A stretch of 64,000 nucleotides of DNA from a virus. Below are positions 35,429 to 45,119 of this stretch, one piece after another. The first letter of the stretch is position 1; every line of letters begins with the position of its first letter. The notes under the pieces are model-generated. The model did no database searches. It was given only the letters and a program-made list of their open reading frames with translations, and was not told the origin of the DNA. The stretch lies in the IMG/VR virus record IMGVR_UViG_3300038595_000014, one strand, 5' to 3'. The position numbers and the translations under genes are program-made.

Positions 35429-38368
35429 TTAGCTCCTAGTTAGGCAGACTGCCGCAGCCTCTGCAACTTCACGGTAAGCCCGCGCCTTTTCGTCAATCTG
35501 GTTCAGCTCGTCCAGTAATACCCTTGACTCTTCAGAAATACCGCTGGAAACATCTTTTGAAAAAGTTATTTCTGTAATCTTATTTCCAGCGTGCATACCT
35601 CTATATCCCTCATATCCTTGCGGAATATCAGTAGCTGGCTTCCAAAGTTCAAGGGGGTACAAGCCTTCTCTTGGCTCATCGAAAACAGGAACATCTGTTC
35701 CGGATGGAGACCTTCCCCATTTACCAGATACGTCATTAAATGTCAGGAGACTAGCTTTCCCATTCTTGATAATAACCCTTGCCCCTTTTGCCCCAAGACC
35801 CTGTAAGCCTGCGGCGCTCAAGACCGCCGCATTTTCCTCAACATAAACTGTCTTTGAGCTTCTTTTTTTCTCACCAAAATCACCCTCATGACCGGCATCT
35901 TGCCTTGCAGCCTTGTCTCTCTGAGTGGTTCCGTCTCCAAACAATTTATATTTAGACCCTTTTGCTGTAGTGTATGTTGCTGCAATTTTATTTTTACCAA
36001 CCGTAATGTCATTCTCAATCTGGTCAACGATCCTTTGAAGATAGTCGATATCCTCGCGCGCGCTAGCCTGAAGATCCGCATTGCCCCTACTTATTTCAGC
36101 CGCCCTTTGTGCCGCGCCAACGTCCGCGTATGGGTCTGAGGCAACGTCAGCAGATCTTGCAGCCAACTCTGATGCAACTTGCTTTTGCGCCGCAGGACCA
36201 GTTAGAGCCTCGCTAATAGGATCACTTGGGCTTGATAGTATCGATTCTTTCCTGGTGTCAATGCCACGTGGTATTTCAACCAGATCAGGATTCCTCTCAA
36301 TCGAGCGAATATCAGCATCTGACATGTTGTGCGCGATAAGATATCTATTTTCACCAATCTTAACTACTTTAGAACCAGTAGGGGCAGATGTTTTTTCTTT
36401 AACGAAATCGTCCCTTGCTGGCGCGAAACTATCAACAATTGCCTCGACGTCACCGCCTTTTTCTTGAAGTTCTTCGAGAGCAATTTTAAAGTCCTCATCA
36501 GACAAGAATTCGATTTGATTTCTCTCAATGTATCCCCTTAGATCTTTTTCAATTTCAATATTAGAAAGGTTTCCGTGAACAAACTCGTATTCATCAGGGT
36601 CTATAAACAGCCTATCTTTGCGTTTGAAGTCTGCCAGATAACCACTTTTGGGCTCCAAGTCCACGTTATACAAAAGGTTTTCTGCGTCTCTTATGATCGC
36701 ACTTACTTTTTCTCGACTATTTAACCAATTACTATCGCCCTCAACATCCCTCTTAATCAGGTCGATGAAGCCATCTGGATCTAAATAGAATTCTGACCTA
36801 GACGTACCTGTGGCTTCTATGATTCCCGGAAACTCTTTTTCAAACTCGTTGGCGACAAGGTTGTCAAAGTCTTTTCTTCCACGCCTAGAAAAGAGGCCCG
36901 GCGCTGACCTTGGGGTAATTCCTTTAGATCGCAGCTCATCTGCCGCCCTACCTTCTGGGTGGACCTGCAATGTCGCCCCGTCAACTTCAGGGCTCCTCCT
37001 AATAAATTCAACAAGCGGCTTCACAAAACGTGAATCGTCTTTTTGAGCCTGCTCTAAGCTATCTAAAATTGCGGCGCTTAGATCAATTCCTTCACTCTCT
37101 ACGCCTGTTAGCCTTGAAGAATTTACAAAATCATCCGCCCTGCCAAGCTCCGAGAACTCAACTGGCTTTCCTGACGGCGTCCTAATGAAGTCGCCATCAG
37201 ATGTAATCCTTACTGCAAATCCATCACGAATATGAACAACAGTTCCGCCGTTTTTATTCGCAAAATCATTAGCTTTTTGCTGTGAGTCAAACGCTAGTGG
37301 GGTTCCACTATCATCTCCTGCGAGATATGACGGTCTAGAGATGTATCCCACCCTATCTTGAACTGGCTCCTGGAATTCGACTCCAGAGGACCGGAATATA
37401 GGCGCTTGACTGCGCACATCGCGACCATCAAAAAATCTTGTTACATCAACAGACTGATCTGTGGCGAATTGCCTGAATGAAATTTCAGCGGCGTCTTTTT
37501 CTAGCTTTGGGTCAAGTCGCGCTCTTTGCGCCCTGCGACCGAGAACTCCAGCCACCGCGCCAACGCCGCCACCGAACAACAGGCCAAATCCAACATTGGT
37601 AAGGGCATCGGCCATTGTGTAATCAAGCTGCTGCTGCTTGGATAGCCCGTAGTAGATAGGCTCCACAAGCGCTTGCCCTACAGCGCCTTCTGTTGCACCG
37701 ATAGCAACCCTGCCACCTACCTGACCCAATCGGGATACAGCCCGCGCCTTCAATGCTGGACCGGCAACAGGAATGAATGTGGTTGCGACCTCAAGAGGGT
37801 CTGTTGCCATAGCCGCAAGTCCCGCGCCGAACTTCAGAAGACCCGCGCCAAGTCCTTGCGGGCTTTTCTCAATCAGAGCATTTCTGATAATTTCCGCACG
37901 TTTGTTGTCTGCAAGAATGCGAGCCTGTTCATTCGTCATTGGACGATCAAACGTCAGGCCAAGCTCCCCGTATTCCTCAGTTAGCGCTTCAGGTGGTTGC
38001 AGCCTGCCTTGCTCAATCGCATCTTGTGTGAGCGCGTTGATTTGTGTTTGCTTTTCACTTTGCAGCGCTTGGATCTCAGCCAGTGCGTCATCGCGCTCCT
38101 GGCCGTCTTGCAGAAATTCAACATTTGCTTCAAGCGCACGAATGCGACGTTGCCGCTCAAATTCAGCTTCCCTGACGCGGTTCTTTTCTTCCTCAGTGAA
38201 TGCGTCAGTAGTATTGCCAAGCTCCCAGCTTTTAGCCGCAAGCTCGCCCATGGTTGGGGTTTCATAGACTGCCCGCAGACCTGTGCCTAGTGAGACAGTA
38301 AGGTCTGGGCCACTGACTTCACGCAAAAGCCGGTGATTTGCAAGTGGCCTGTTTAGTGGTTCTGCCAT
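35429..38368 (-). CDS. Internal virion protein, mosaic
   Basis: 979 aa; Gly/Ala-rich membrane-like N-part and a compositionally distinct interior. Confidence 0.6.
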   Translation of the reverse strand: MAEPLNRPLANHRLLREVSGPDLTVSLGTGLRAVYETPTMGELAAKSWELGNTTDAFTEEEKNRVREAEFERQRRIRALEANVEFLQDGQERDDALAEIQALQSEKQTQINALTQDAIEQGRLQPPEALTEEYGELGLTFDRPMTNEQARILADNKRAEIIRNALIEKSPQGLGAGLLKFGAGLAAMATDPLEVATTFIPVAGPALKARAVSRLGQVGGRVAIGATEGAVGQALVEPIYYGLSKQQQLDYTMADALTNVGFGLLFGGGVGAVAGVLGRRAQRARLDPKLEKDAAEISFRQFATDQSVDVTRFFDGRDVRSQAPIFRSSGVEFQEPVQDRVGYISRPSYLAGDDSGTPLAFDSQQKANDFANKNGGTVVHIRDGFAVRITSDGDFIRTPSGKPVEFSELGRADDFVNSSRLTGVESEGIDLSAAILDSLEQAQKDDSRFVKPLVEFIRRSPEVDGATLQVHPEGRAADELRSKGITPRSAPGLFSRRGRKDFDNLVANEFEKEFPGIIEATGTSRSEFYLDPDGFIDLIKRDVEGDSNWLNSREKVSAIIRDAENLLYNVDLEPKSGYLADFKRKDRLFIDPDEYEFVHGNLSNIEIEKDLRGYIERNQIEFLSDEDFKIALEELQEKGGDVEAIVDSFAPARDDFVKEKTSAPTGSKVVKIGENRYLIAHNMSDADIRSIERNPDLVEIPRGIDTRKESILSSPSDPISEALTGPAAQKQVASELAARSADVASDPYADVGAAQRAAEISRGNADLQASAREDIDYLQRIVDQIENDITVGKNKIAATYTTAKGSKYKLFGDGTTQRDKAARQDAGHEGDFGEKKRSSKTVYVEENAAVLSAAGLQGLGAKGARVIIKNGKASLLTFNDVSGKWGRSPSGTDVPVFDEPREGLYPLELWKPATDIPQGYEGYRGMHAGNKITEITFSKDVSSGISEESRVLLDELNQIDEKARAYREVAEAAAVCLTRS

Positions 38369-38371
38369 GTA

Positions 38372-41300
38372 TTATCCCCCAAATAGGCCGCTAAAGAATC
38401 CACCTGATGTGGCTGGTCGCGTTGCGGCCCGCGAATCCCTGACAGCCCCGCCGCCGTATTGCTCAAATGCTGCTGGCGCTTCAGTGCGAACATCGGTGAT
38501 GTCGCCAAACAAGACCTCGTATTCATCGCCGTCTTTGTTTGTGACAGGCAAGAAAAAGCCACCAACTTCAATATTGAGAACAGCACCGTCACCAGTTGAA
38601 TTATTTAACCAGATACCATCTTTTGCAGCCTGGATAAACACTTCAAGGTCTGCAAATTCAGGAAGTCTTGGATCATCCAGAGGAGCAGGGTCAAAGTCTC
38701 GCAAGGCTTGCTCTGCTGTTGCCGCTTCTAAGCCAAGTGACACTTGCGTTTCCGTGAACTCATTGGGAACAATCACCTTTACATTCGGCTCATCAACCAC
38801 GACTTCGGGGAAGATCTGTTCAAACGCACGTGCTGATGCGGCGCTAGCGTCCTCGCCACGTCGAATGTATGTCATGGCTAGGCGTTGTGCGACATCAAAA
38901 TTCCTGTTGAAAGTCTGAGCGGCCTGACCTGACAAGTCGCCAATCTCGAACACTTGGCGGTATTCCTGCGCTTCATCAAAGATTGCCTCATTCATCTCTG
39001 TATAGGAGATAGTCGGAACAGACTTCTTGAGGTCAGAAAGCTTTTCCCCGCGCAGTCCAAGGATCTCGGTCGCTAGGGCTGGATTGTCAGCATGGCGCAG
39101 TGCCACGGTGTATTCTGGGTCAAGGCCCGCTCGCTCAAGGTCTTGGATTACTTGCCCACGACGATTACCCCACGGGGCAAGCAAGGATTGAAGCTGTTGA
39201 GCCGTAACATCCTGCTCACCTTCTTCAAGTGATCCAACAATCTGTGTCGCAACGCCAGCGGGCAACACTTTGCGCAACGGGCCACGAACTCCGATACTGT
39301 CATAGATCTCATTCTGGCGCTGAGTATATGCGCTTGCAGCCGCAATAGCCTCTTGCGGGCTTATCGCCCCAGCCACGCGGGAATACAACCCCTCAAGATC
39401 TTGGTTGGTCCTCTGGATGTATCCAGCCGCATCTTCGCGCAGCGCTTCATTGCGAGCGTTCACGGCCCCTACATAGTTCGCATATTTCTGCTGATCCCTG
39501 ACGGTATTGCCGGGACGCTGCACAGCCTCTGCTAGTTGAGTGACCGTAGATTCAATCTCATCTGGCGTTTGCGTCCGAACCCTATTGGTTAGCTCTGCAT
39601 CCTCTAGCGCCTGTCGGAACTGGCGTTGGAGTTGCTCGCCTGCCTTTTGATCTGTTTGATACAGGTCTGCAATCTGACGCTCAATCTCTGTCTGATTTTC
39701 CAGTCCCTCGCCAGTAGCAGCATAGAACGCAACCGTCTCTGTGATGTTCTCAGCCAGAATGCCACGGTCAATCGCAACTTGCTCTTTGTACTTACGCTCT
39801 CCCTCTTTCAGGAGGGTCTGACGGGTGTCATAGTCCAGCACATCATAGCGCGCATCAGTTGGGCCTTGACGGGCGAATGTAACGCCACGGCTTGCAAGAC
39901 CTTGGTTGATGCCCTCAGAGAACCACTTCCCGCCCTCAGTGTATGGCTGGTTTTTATTATACCACAGAGCCAGACCGCCGGGGCCTTTGCCTCCCTTACT
40001 GCGGAAGTCAACGTGAATGGTGCCGTTGTCATAGTGTCCGACACCCCGCGCGCCCGATGCAACGAACAGGGAGATAAGCTGCTCTTTCTCAGCGTCATTG
40101 TAGCCAGACACATCAATATCAAATGCATCGCCGTGAGTGTGGCGGCTATCGGTCGAGAAGCTTGTTTTGTTATTGTGGTCCTGACTGCGGAAGCCACTGG
40201 TGATCCTCAGTGCGCCCTTGCCAAATGCAGCGGTCACATCATCCAGCACGTTAACTGCAGCTTGGTCAACCTTCGCATCCTGAAAGCGGTCATTGCGGAA
40301 GTCAGCCCAATTGTAGAACTGAGATTCCATATCTTGCGGGCCAACCATCGCCTCGCCAAACTTGTACTGGTTGACAGCGGTTGTGCCAGAAATCCCGCCA
40401 AGGATATTGCGCACATATGGCTCAGTCTCGGAACGCTTAGGCAAGACAGAATAATCGCGTCCAGCTTCAAGCCATTTTTTAGCATTGGCTGGGCCTGCAT
40501 TATACGCAATCAGAGCGGCCTCAATATCTCCATCAAACGCATCGAGTTGCTTATTCATGTAGTATTGGCCGTACTGGCGACCAATCTCAGGATCTTGCAG
40601 ATAGGCTTGCTGTTCGGAGATTGACCCGTTTGTCGGATAGTTCGCGTCTCCGATCTCTTTAGCAATGTCAGCACCAGTGGCAGGTATGACTTGCATAATT
40701 CCTGCTGCGCCCTTGGGGGAAATAGCCAACGGATTGCCCCCGCTCTCTTGCTTTTCCATAGCAGAGAACAGAGTGCCACGTTGTGCATCAATGCGCTGTT
40801 GCTCTGTACCGCCACCAAGGGCAAGCACAGCATTCAGCGGGTTATTGTTAAACTCATTCCGCCACAGGGCCGCCGCTGCATCCTTACGCCATCCGCGTTC
40901 AAGCTGACGTTTCTCTTGACGGGACAAGCCAGATTCAGCAATCAAGGAACGTCCAGTTGCCAGTGCCTCATCAAAGGATATATCCCCGTCAATGATCCGG
41001 GTGCGCAGGTTCTCCGCCTGAGACCCGATTTCATCGCGATAAAACGTGGTCCGGGCTTTGTACTCAACGTCGTCAGCCGCGCCAAGGAATTGGTTCTCAA
41101 ACCCAATCAGCTTGGCATTGTACTGCGCCTTTTGTTCCTCTGGAAGTTCGTTAAAGAAATTGTCCGCGTTCTGCTTGAAGGTTTTAAGCGCGTTTTCAGT
41201 CAGGCCAAATGCTCCAGGCTCTGCATCCCTACTGGCTTGGGTCAGTTGGCGAAGCTGCTCACCTTTGAAGCGCTCAAAGTCAGCCGCTGTCTTGAACTTC

Positions 41301-41476
41301 TTGGCCTCATCTTCTTCTTGCTTGATCTGGGCAGAAATACGTTCCGCCCCCTGACTAATGGAAGCAAGACCACGTGCGATAGGCGATGCGTCAACCACGC
41401 CGCCACGGAACTGAGAGCCGGGGCTTGCTGGTGCAGGCTGGCGAATTGTTTCTTGTGCTGTAGGAATTCGAGCCAT
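38372..41476 (-). CDS. Internal virion protein with lytic transglycosylase (SLT) and peptidase M15-like domains
   Basis: QESGGNPLAISPKGAAGIMQV...AYNAGP (SLT); ITSGFRS...RHTHGDAFDI...HVD (M15 Zn ligands). Confidence 0.85.
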   Translation of the reverse strand: MARIPTAQETIRQPAPASPGSQFRGGVVDASPIARGLASISQGAERISAQIKQEEDEAKKFKTAADFERFKGEQLRQLTQASRDAEPGAFGLTENALKTFKQNADNFFNELPEEQKAQYNAKLIGFENQFLGAADDVEYKARTTFYRDEIGSQAENLRTRIIDGDISFDEALATGRSLIAESGLSRQEKRQLERGWRKDAAAALWRNEFNNNPLNAVLALGGGTEQQRIDAQRGTLFSAMEKQESGGNPLAISPKGAAGIMQVIPATGADIAKEIGDANYPTNGSISEQQAYLQDPEIGRQYGQYYMNKQLDAFDGDIEAALIAYNAGPANAKKWLEAGRDYSVLPKRSETEPYVRNILGGISGTTAVNQYKFGEAMVGPQDMESQFYNWADFRNDRFQDAKVDQAAVNVLDDVTAAFGKGALRITSGFRSQDHNNKTSFSTDSRHTHGDAFDIDVSGYNDAEKEQLISLFVASGARGVGHYDNGTIHVDFRSKGGKGPGGLALWYNKNQPYTEGGKWFSEGINQGLASRGVTFARQGPTDARYDVLDYDTRQTLLKEGERKYKEQVAIDRGILAENITETVAFYAATGEGLENQTEIERQIADLYQTDQKAGEQLQRQFRQALEDAELTNRVRTQTPDEIESTVTQLAEAVQRPGNTVRDQQKYANYVGAVNARNEALREDAAGYIQRTNQDLEGLYSRVAGAISPQEAIAAASAYTQRQNEIYDSIGVRGPLRKVLPAGVATQIVGSLEEGEQDVTAQQLQSLLAPWGNRRGQVIQDLERAGLDPEYTVALRHADNPALATEILGLRGEKLSDLKKSVPTISYTEMNEAIFDEAQEYRQVFEIGDLSGQAAQTFNRNFDVAQRLAMTYIRRGEDASAASARAFEQIFPEVVVDEPNVKVIVPNEFTETQVSLGLEAATAEQALRDFDPAPLDDPRLPEFADLEVFIQAAKDGIWLNNSTGDGAVLNIEVGGFFLPVTNKDGDEYEVLFGDITDVRTEAPAAFEQYGGGAVRDSRAATRPATSGGFFSGLFGG

Positions 41477-41480
41477 CTAG

Positions 41481-41978
41481 TTAGCCTCCATACCTGTAAG
41501 GGCCGCTAGGCGCTGTTGCCCCGCCACCGCCACTTCCTCCAAATCTCTGAAATGCAGACTTAGCGCCTGCACTGCCCGCGATCTCTCCGATACCACCAAG
41601 TAAAGACCCAAACGCACTAACCTTGCCCTGCTTTCTAGCCACTTGGCCTCTATACCTTGCGCCCTGCGCTGCTCCACGCCCAGCCGACAACTCAGTAGCC
41701 GCCGCTCGCTCTGTCTCTGCTGCGGTTTCACCGAACAACCTTACAACAGATGGGTCTGCCGCGCCACCTTGCGCCGCCGCAATAGCCCTTTGTCGGGACT
41801 CCAGAAGCGCCCCCTCTTTACGTCGCTCAAGCGCCCTGCGCTGGGACTGTGCCTCAATTTCACGGGCCTCAGCTTCAGCCTGTTGCTGCTGTGCCTTGCC
41901 AGCACTTAGAGCGCCTGCGGTGCTAACCACCGTACTTGCGAGCGCCGATCCCAGAGCAATAGCCTCTAGACCTGTCAT
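41481..41978 (-). CDS. Small internal virion protein (T7 gp14-like position)
   Basis: Ala/Gly/Gln-rich, 165 aa. Confidence 0.6.
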   Translation of the reverse strand: MTGLEAIALGSALASTVVSTAGALSAGKAQQQQAEAEAREIEAQSQRRALERRKEGALLESRQRAIAAAQGGAADPSVVRLFGETAAETERAAATELSAGRGAAQGARYRGQVARKQGKVSAFGSLLGGIGEIAGSAGAKSAFQRFGGSGGGGATAPSGPYRYGG

Positions 41979-42367
41979 TGTTTTTCTCCGTGTTTTTCTG
42001 CTCGCCAGATCCAGACCTGCCGCCCTGCTTCTTCCCTGTCCGTTGGCTTGAACCCAAGACGGGACAGGAACTCACTTGCACGTGGAATGCGTTTGTCGCA
42101 GCTTGTCACCACTTCATCACATCCGCGAGATTTCATCTCATTGATTAGCCGAAAGGCGTATTTGTAAACAGAGGGTTTACGTGCCCATTTGCGCAGATCC
42201 AGAAACGCGACAACTTCACCAGCCTCATTTGCATAAACGCCGCCCATGCCAACAATCTGATTGCCAATCTTTGCAACCAGCCCCTCCCAAGGGTTTTGCA
42301 GGCGAGCGCCGTAGAACTGGAACATGTCCCGATCTGTTGCTTCTGATACAGTGAAGTGCTGCCCCAT
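41975..42367 (-). CDS. GNAT-fold protein (T7 gp13-like position)
   Basis: IVGMGG...FLSRLGFK pattern; conserved podovirus synteny. Confidence 0.6.
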   Translation of the reverse strand: MGQHFTVSEATDRDMFQFYGARLQNPWEGLVAKIGNQIVGMGGVYANEAGEVVAFLDLRKWARKPSVYKYAFRLINEMKSRGCDEVVTSCDKRIPRASEFLSRLGFKPTDREEAGRQVWIWRAEKHGEKQ

Positions 42368-43044
42368 TAGATCCGGCCCTGACGTGTGCTAATAGATCCG
42401 CCAAGAGCTGTCCGTTGACGATTCTGACGGACGCCAAACCCACGCTGTGCCCGGTTCCAACTGCCGCTGCGAACCCGTGCCTCTTTCTCATCACGCGCAT
42501 CACGGCTCTTAGCCTTGGCTAGGCGCATCCGGGCTTCTCTCTCAATCTTATCCCTGTCAGTGGATGACTGGTTGAGCCGCTGGACAATATCCAAAGCAAG
42601 CGCTGCGCTGATGTATCGGGCGAACAGGTGCGACCATGCTGCAATCCCCGCCTCTTCCGCAAAGTCAGTGGAGATGTATTCGAGATAGAGCGTATCAGTG
42701 TCAGAGTGCAGAAGACCTGCGCTGTCCTTAAACAGATCCTCAAACTCATAGACATAAGCGTCCCGGATATCAGGATACTCAGACGCCGCAATAGTAGCGA
42801 TCCAGTCGTCAGGCTTTTGGAATGCGAACTGATACCCAATGGCGGGTGTTGCTGCAGGGTCAGCGTTGATTTGAACGGTCTTGATTGCAAAGTTCCACGG
42901 CGTCAATGAAAGCGCATCCAACACCACATCGGTGAAGGATTCATTCAAAGCCTGTACTTGCGGAATGTTGTCAGTGAGGGCTGCAATTGGCTGTGATCCA
43001 ATGAGCCTCAAAGCGTCGTTATATACTGAAAGGCGAGTTGCCAT
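42367..43044 (-). CDS. Tail tubular protein A / adaptor (T7 gp11-like)
   Basis: VYNDALRLIG, PWNFA, YQFAFQKPDDW, FARYISAALA. Confidence 0.8.
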   Translation of the reverse strand: MATRLSVYNDALRLIGSQPIAALTDNIPQVQALNESFTDVVLDALSLTPWNFAIKTVQINADPAATPAIGYQFAFQKPDDWIATIAASEYPDIRDAYVYEFEDLFKDSAGLLHSDTDTLYLEYISTDFAEEAGIAAWSHLFARYISAALALDIVQRLNQSSTDRDKIEREARMRLAKAKSRDARDEKEARVRSGSWNRAQRGFGVRQNRQRTALGGSISTRQGRI

Positions 43045-43151
43045 GCGTGAACCTCGGACGTTTGTTTCCAGTAGTATACACGCAATCAGTTAACATGTTA
43101 AGCGGAAAGGATACAGACACCCTTCCCGCTCATCTCATTGGTCTGCGCTGC

Positions 43152-43637
43152 TTAGAGTGCTAGTTCTTTGGCGCGTTCTTCAGCCATAGCTTTGGACGTA
43201 AAGCCGTATTCCATGACTTCTTTCGACGCCTTATTGACAACGCGCCACTTGTGAGCGCCACCCCAAGTCACTTCAAGACCTTCGGGAAGCCCATCCTCGC
43301 CAATCTCATTGGTCGGGCCGCTGCCTTCTTCCAGCTCATCAAAGTACTCATCAGCATCCGGCGCAGCATACACGTTTAGAATCCGAATGTGAGCTTGGAA
43401 ATTGTCAAATGCCAAGACGCGCAGGCGAACATCAAGTTCTTTACAGTCCGACAGAATGCTAAGTTCCATGCCTTCGCGAAAAGAGTTGAGATAGTTCGCG
43501 AAATACTGGGGATGCATGATTTCTTTGAGGGTGGTTCCTGCTTCCGGCCACAGCGCCATGCGGGCAATCTTGTAATCTGCTGGTTCGGAGCGTCCGCCGC
43601 CAAGTTTGCGGATATGCTTTTTGGCTTGTTCGGTCAT
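43152..43637 (-). CDS. Hypothetical protein of the head module
   Basis: 161 aa between the capsid and adaptor genes. Confidence 0.65.
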   Translation of the reverse strand: MTEQAKKHIRKLGGGRSEPADYKIARMALWPEAGTTLKEIMHPQYFANYLNSFREGMELSILSDCKELDVRLRVLAFDNFQAHIRILNVYAAPDADEYFDELEEGSGPTNEIGEDGLPEGLEVTWGGAHKWRVVNKASKEVMEYGFTSKAMAEERAKELAL

Positions 43638-43701
43638 TTCTTCGGTTCCCTAAACTAAATAAAGGTGGGCAAAGCGGGAGCCGAAGCCCCCGCCAAGTAT
43701 C

Positions 43702-44013
43702 TTAGTCAGTGTCAGTGACGCTGATTGCAGTGCCGTCAGTCAGGTCTGCAGAGCCGTCGGCGGCGATAGAAGCAACCACCATCAACTGTGCAGCCAGAAC
43801 CGGGCCGGTGCGGGTATACTGGTCAGTGAACGAGGTCCACTGGCGCAGGGTCACGAGGTCGCCCACGCGCATACCCTTTTCATCTGCATCGGTGATGTAA
43901 CCAGCAACGCGAGCGGTTGCCGGAGCATCTTCACCGTCAAGCAGCCAGTGCTGCCAGTTTTGGCCGCTAAAGCCGCTCTCGATTACCGAAAGACCGTTTG
44001 GAATATAAACCAT
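43702..44013 (-). CDS. Putative capsid decoration protein
   Basis: 103 aa directly after the capsid gene; GYITDA...GMRVGDLV; followed by a hairpin. Confidence 0.6.
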   Translation of the reverse strand: MVYIPNGLSVIESGFSGQNWQHWLLDGEDAPATARVAGYITDADEKGMRVGDLVTLRQWTSFTDQYTRTGPVLAAQLMVVASIAADGSADLTDGTAISVTDTD

Positions 44014-44027
44014 AACTTACCCTTTCC

Positions 44028-44876
44028 TTACGCGATGGCCTGAGTGTCATCGTGGATGATCTGCAGGACGCCGGGCTGCTGAAGCAGACGTGCACCCTGG
44101 AAGATCGTGTGGCGGGCATAGGAGTAGTCCTGCTCACCATCATAACCAACGTTGACGTGGATCATGTCGTTGTTGACCGCGTGACCAACTGCACCGCGAG
44201 CAAACGCATAACACTGAGCGTTGTTGCCGCCGATGTTAGGCAGGCCAGTGTGCGGCATGTGAGTTGCGCCAGCCCAGCGAACGGGGCGTTCTTTACCAGC
44301 AACACCACCAGCCAGAGGCTTTTCATCCACGTAGTCCGCGCTAGTGAACTCATCAAAGGTCTTGATGCGCGCCCAAGCTTTCGGTGTCCACAGGATGGTA
44401 ATGTCGTCCGAAGAGTAGACGTCCTGCTCGTTCAGCTCAGAGATAATGTCAACCACGTTACCGAAGGTCAGGGTGATTGCGTTACCGTTGTTGAACTGGT
44501 TGGTTGCGGTCGAGAGAGCGTCATCAATGATGATCTGGTCAATCTCACGCGCGGCGGTCAGTGCGCCAGCCTGTTGCATCGCCATACGCAGATCGGACTG
44601 CGAGGTGAAGATGTTGAAGCTGGACTGGGTTTCCAGAGAGTGGAATTCTTCCAGAGGCACGTTGACCTGCGAGTCGGTACGCTGGCGGGACGGGATAAGG
44701 CCGTTAACGCCACGACGGACCATGCGAGGTGCAGAGCCTTGAATCGGGAAGACAGCGGTGTCGCCTTTAAAGACGAGTTCGCGGGTTACGGCGTCTTTCA
44801 GGTAGGTCTCGCCGCGCTGGAACTGCAGAACCCATTCGTCTCGGTACTGCTGTTCTACGATCTGATAACCGGACAT
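44028..44876 (-). CDS. Major capsid protein
   Basis: 282 aa after the scaffold; strong GGAGG RBS; HK97-fold-like size and pattern (AAREIDQIIIDDAL, GARLLQQPGV). Confidence 0.8.
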   Translation of the reverse strand: MSGYQIVEQQYRDEWVLQFQRGETYLKDAVTRELVFKGDTAVFPIQGSAPRMVRRGVNGLIPSRQRTDSQVNVPLEEFHSLETQSSFNIFTSQSDLRMAMQQAGALTAAREIDQIIIDDALSTATNQFNNGNAITLTFGNVVDIISELNEQDVYSSDDITILWTPKAWARIKTFDEFTSADYVDEKPLAGGVAGKERPVRWAGATHMPHTGLPNIGGNNAQCYAFARGAVGHAVNNDMIHVNVGYDGEQDYSYARHTIFQGARLLQQPGVLQIIHDDTQAIA

Positions 44877-45062
44877 AGGTTATCCTCCATAGTGTTTGAT
44901 ATAACGATGTGGGGTTGGTCGCAGTTTCTCTTGGGTGGCCGCAGATGCGGGGCAAGACAAAGCGAATGCGCGGGGCCGAAAAGACGGGGTAGCCGCGTTA
45001 TGCAAATAAGATAACATGTTAAGTATTACGACGCAACCCTATGGGGTGTTAAGATTTCACAA

Positions 45063-45095
45063 AGAAAAACCCCGACACTTGGCCGGGGTCTTCTT
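45063..45095 (-). terminator. Intrinsic terminator after the scaffold gene
   Basis: GACCCCGG...GTCGGGGTTTTTCTTT on the minus strand. Confidence 0.7.
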
Positions 45096-45119
45096 CAATG
45101 TTCAGCTATGTAAAGTGGC

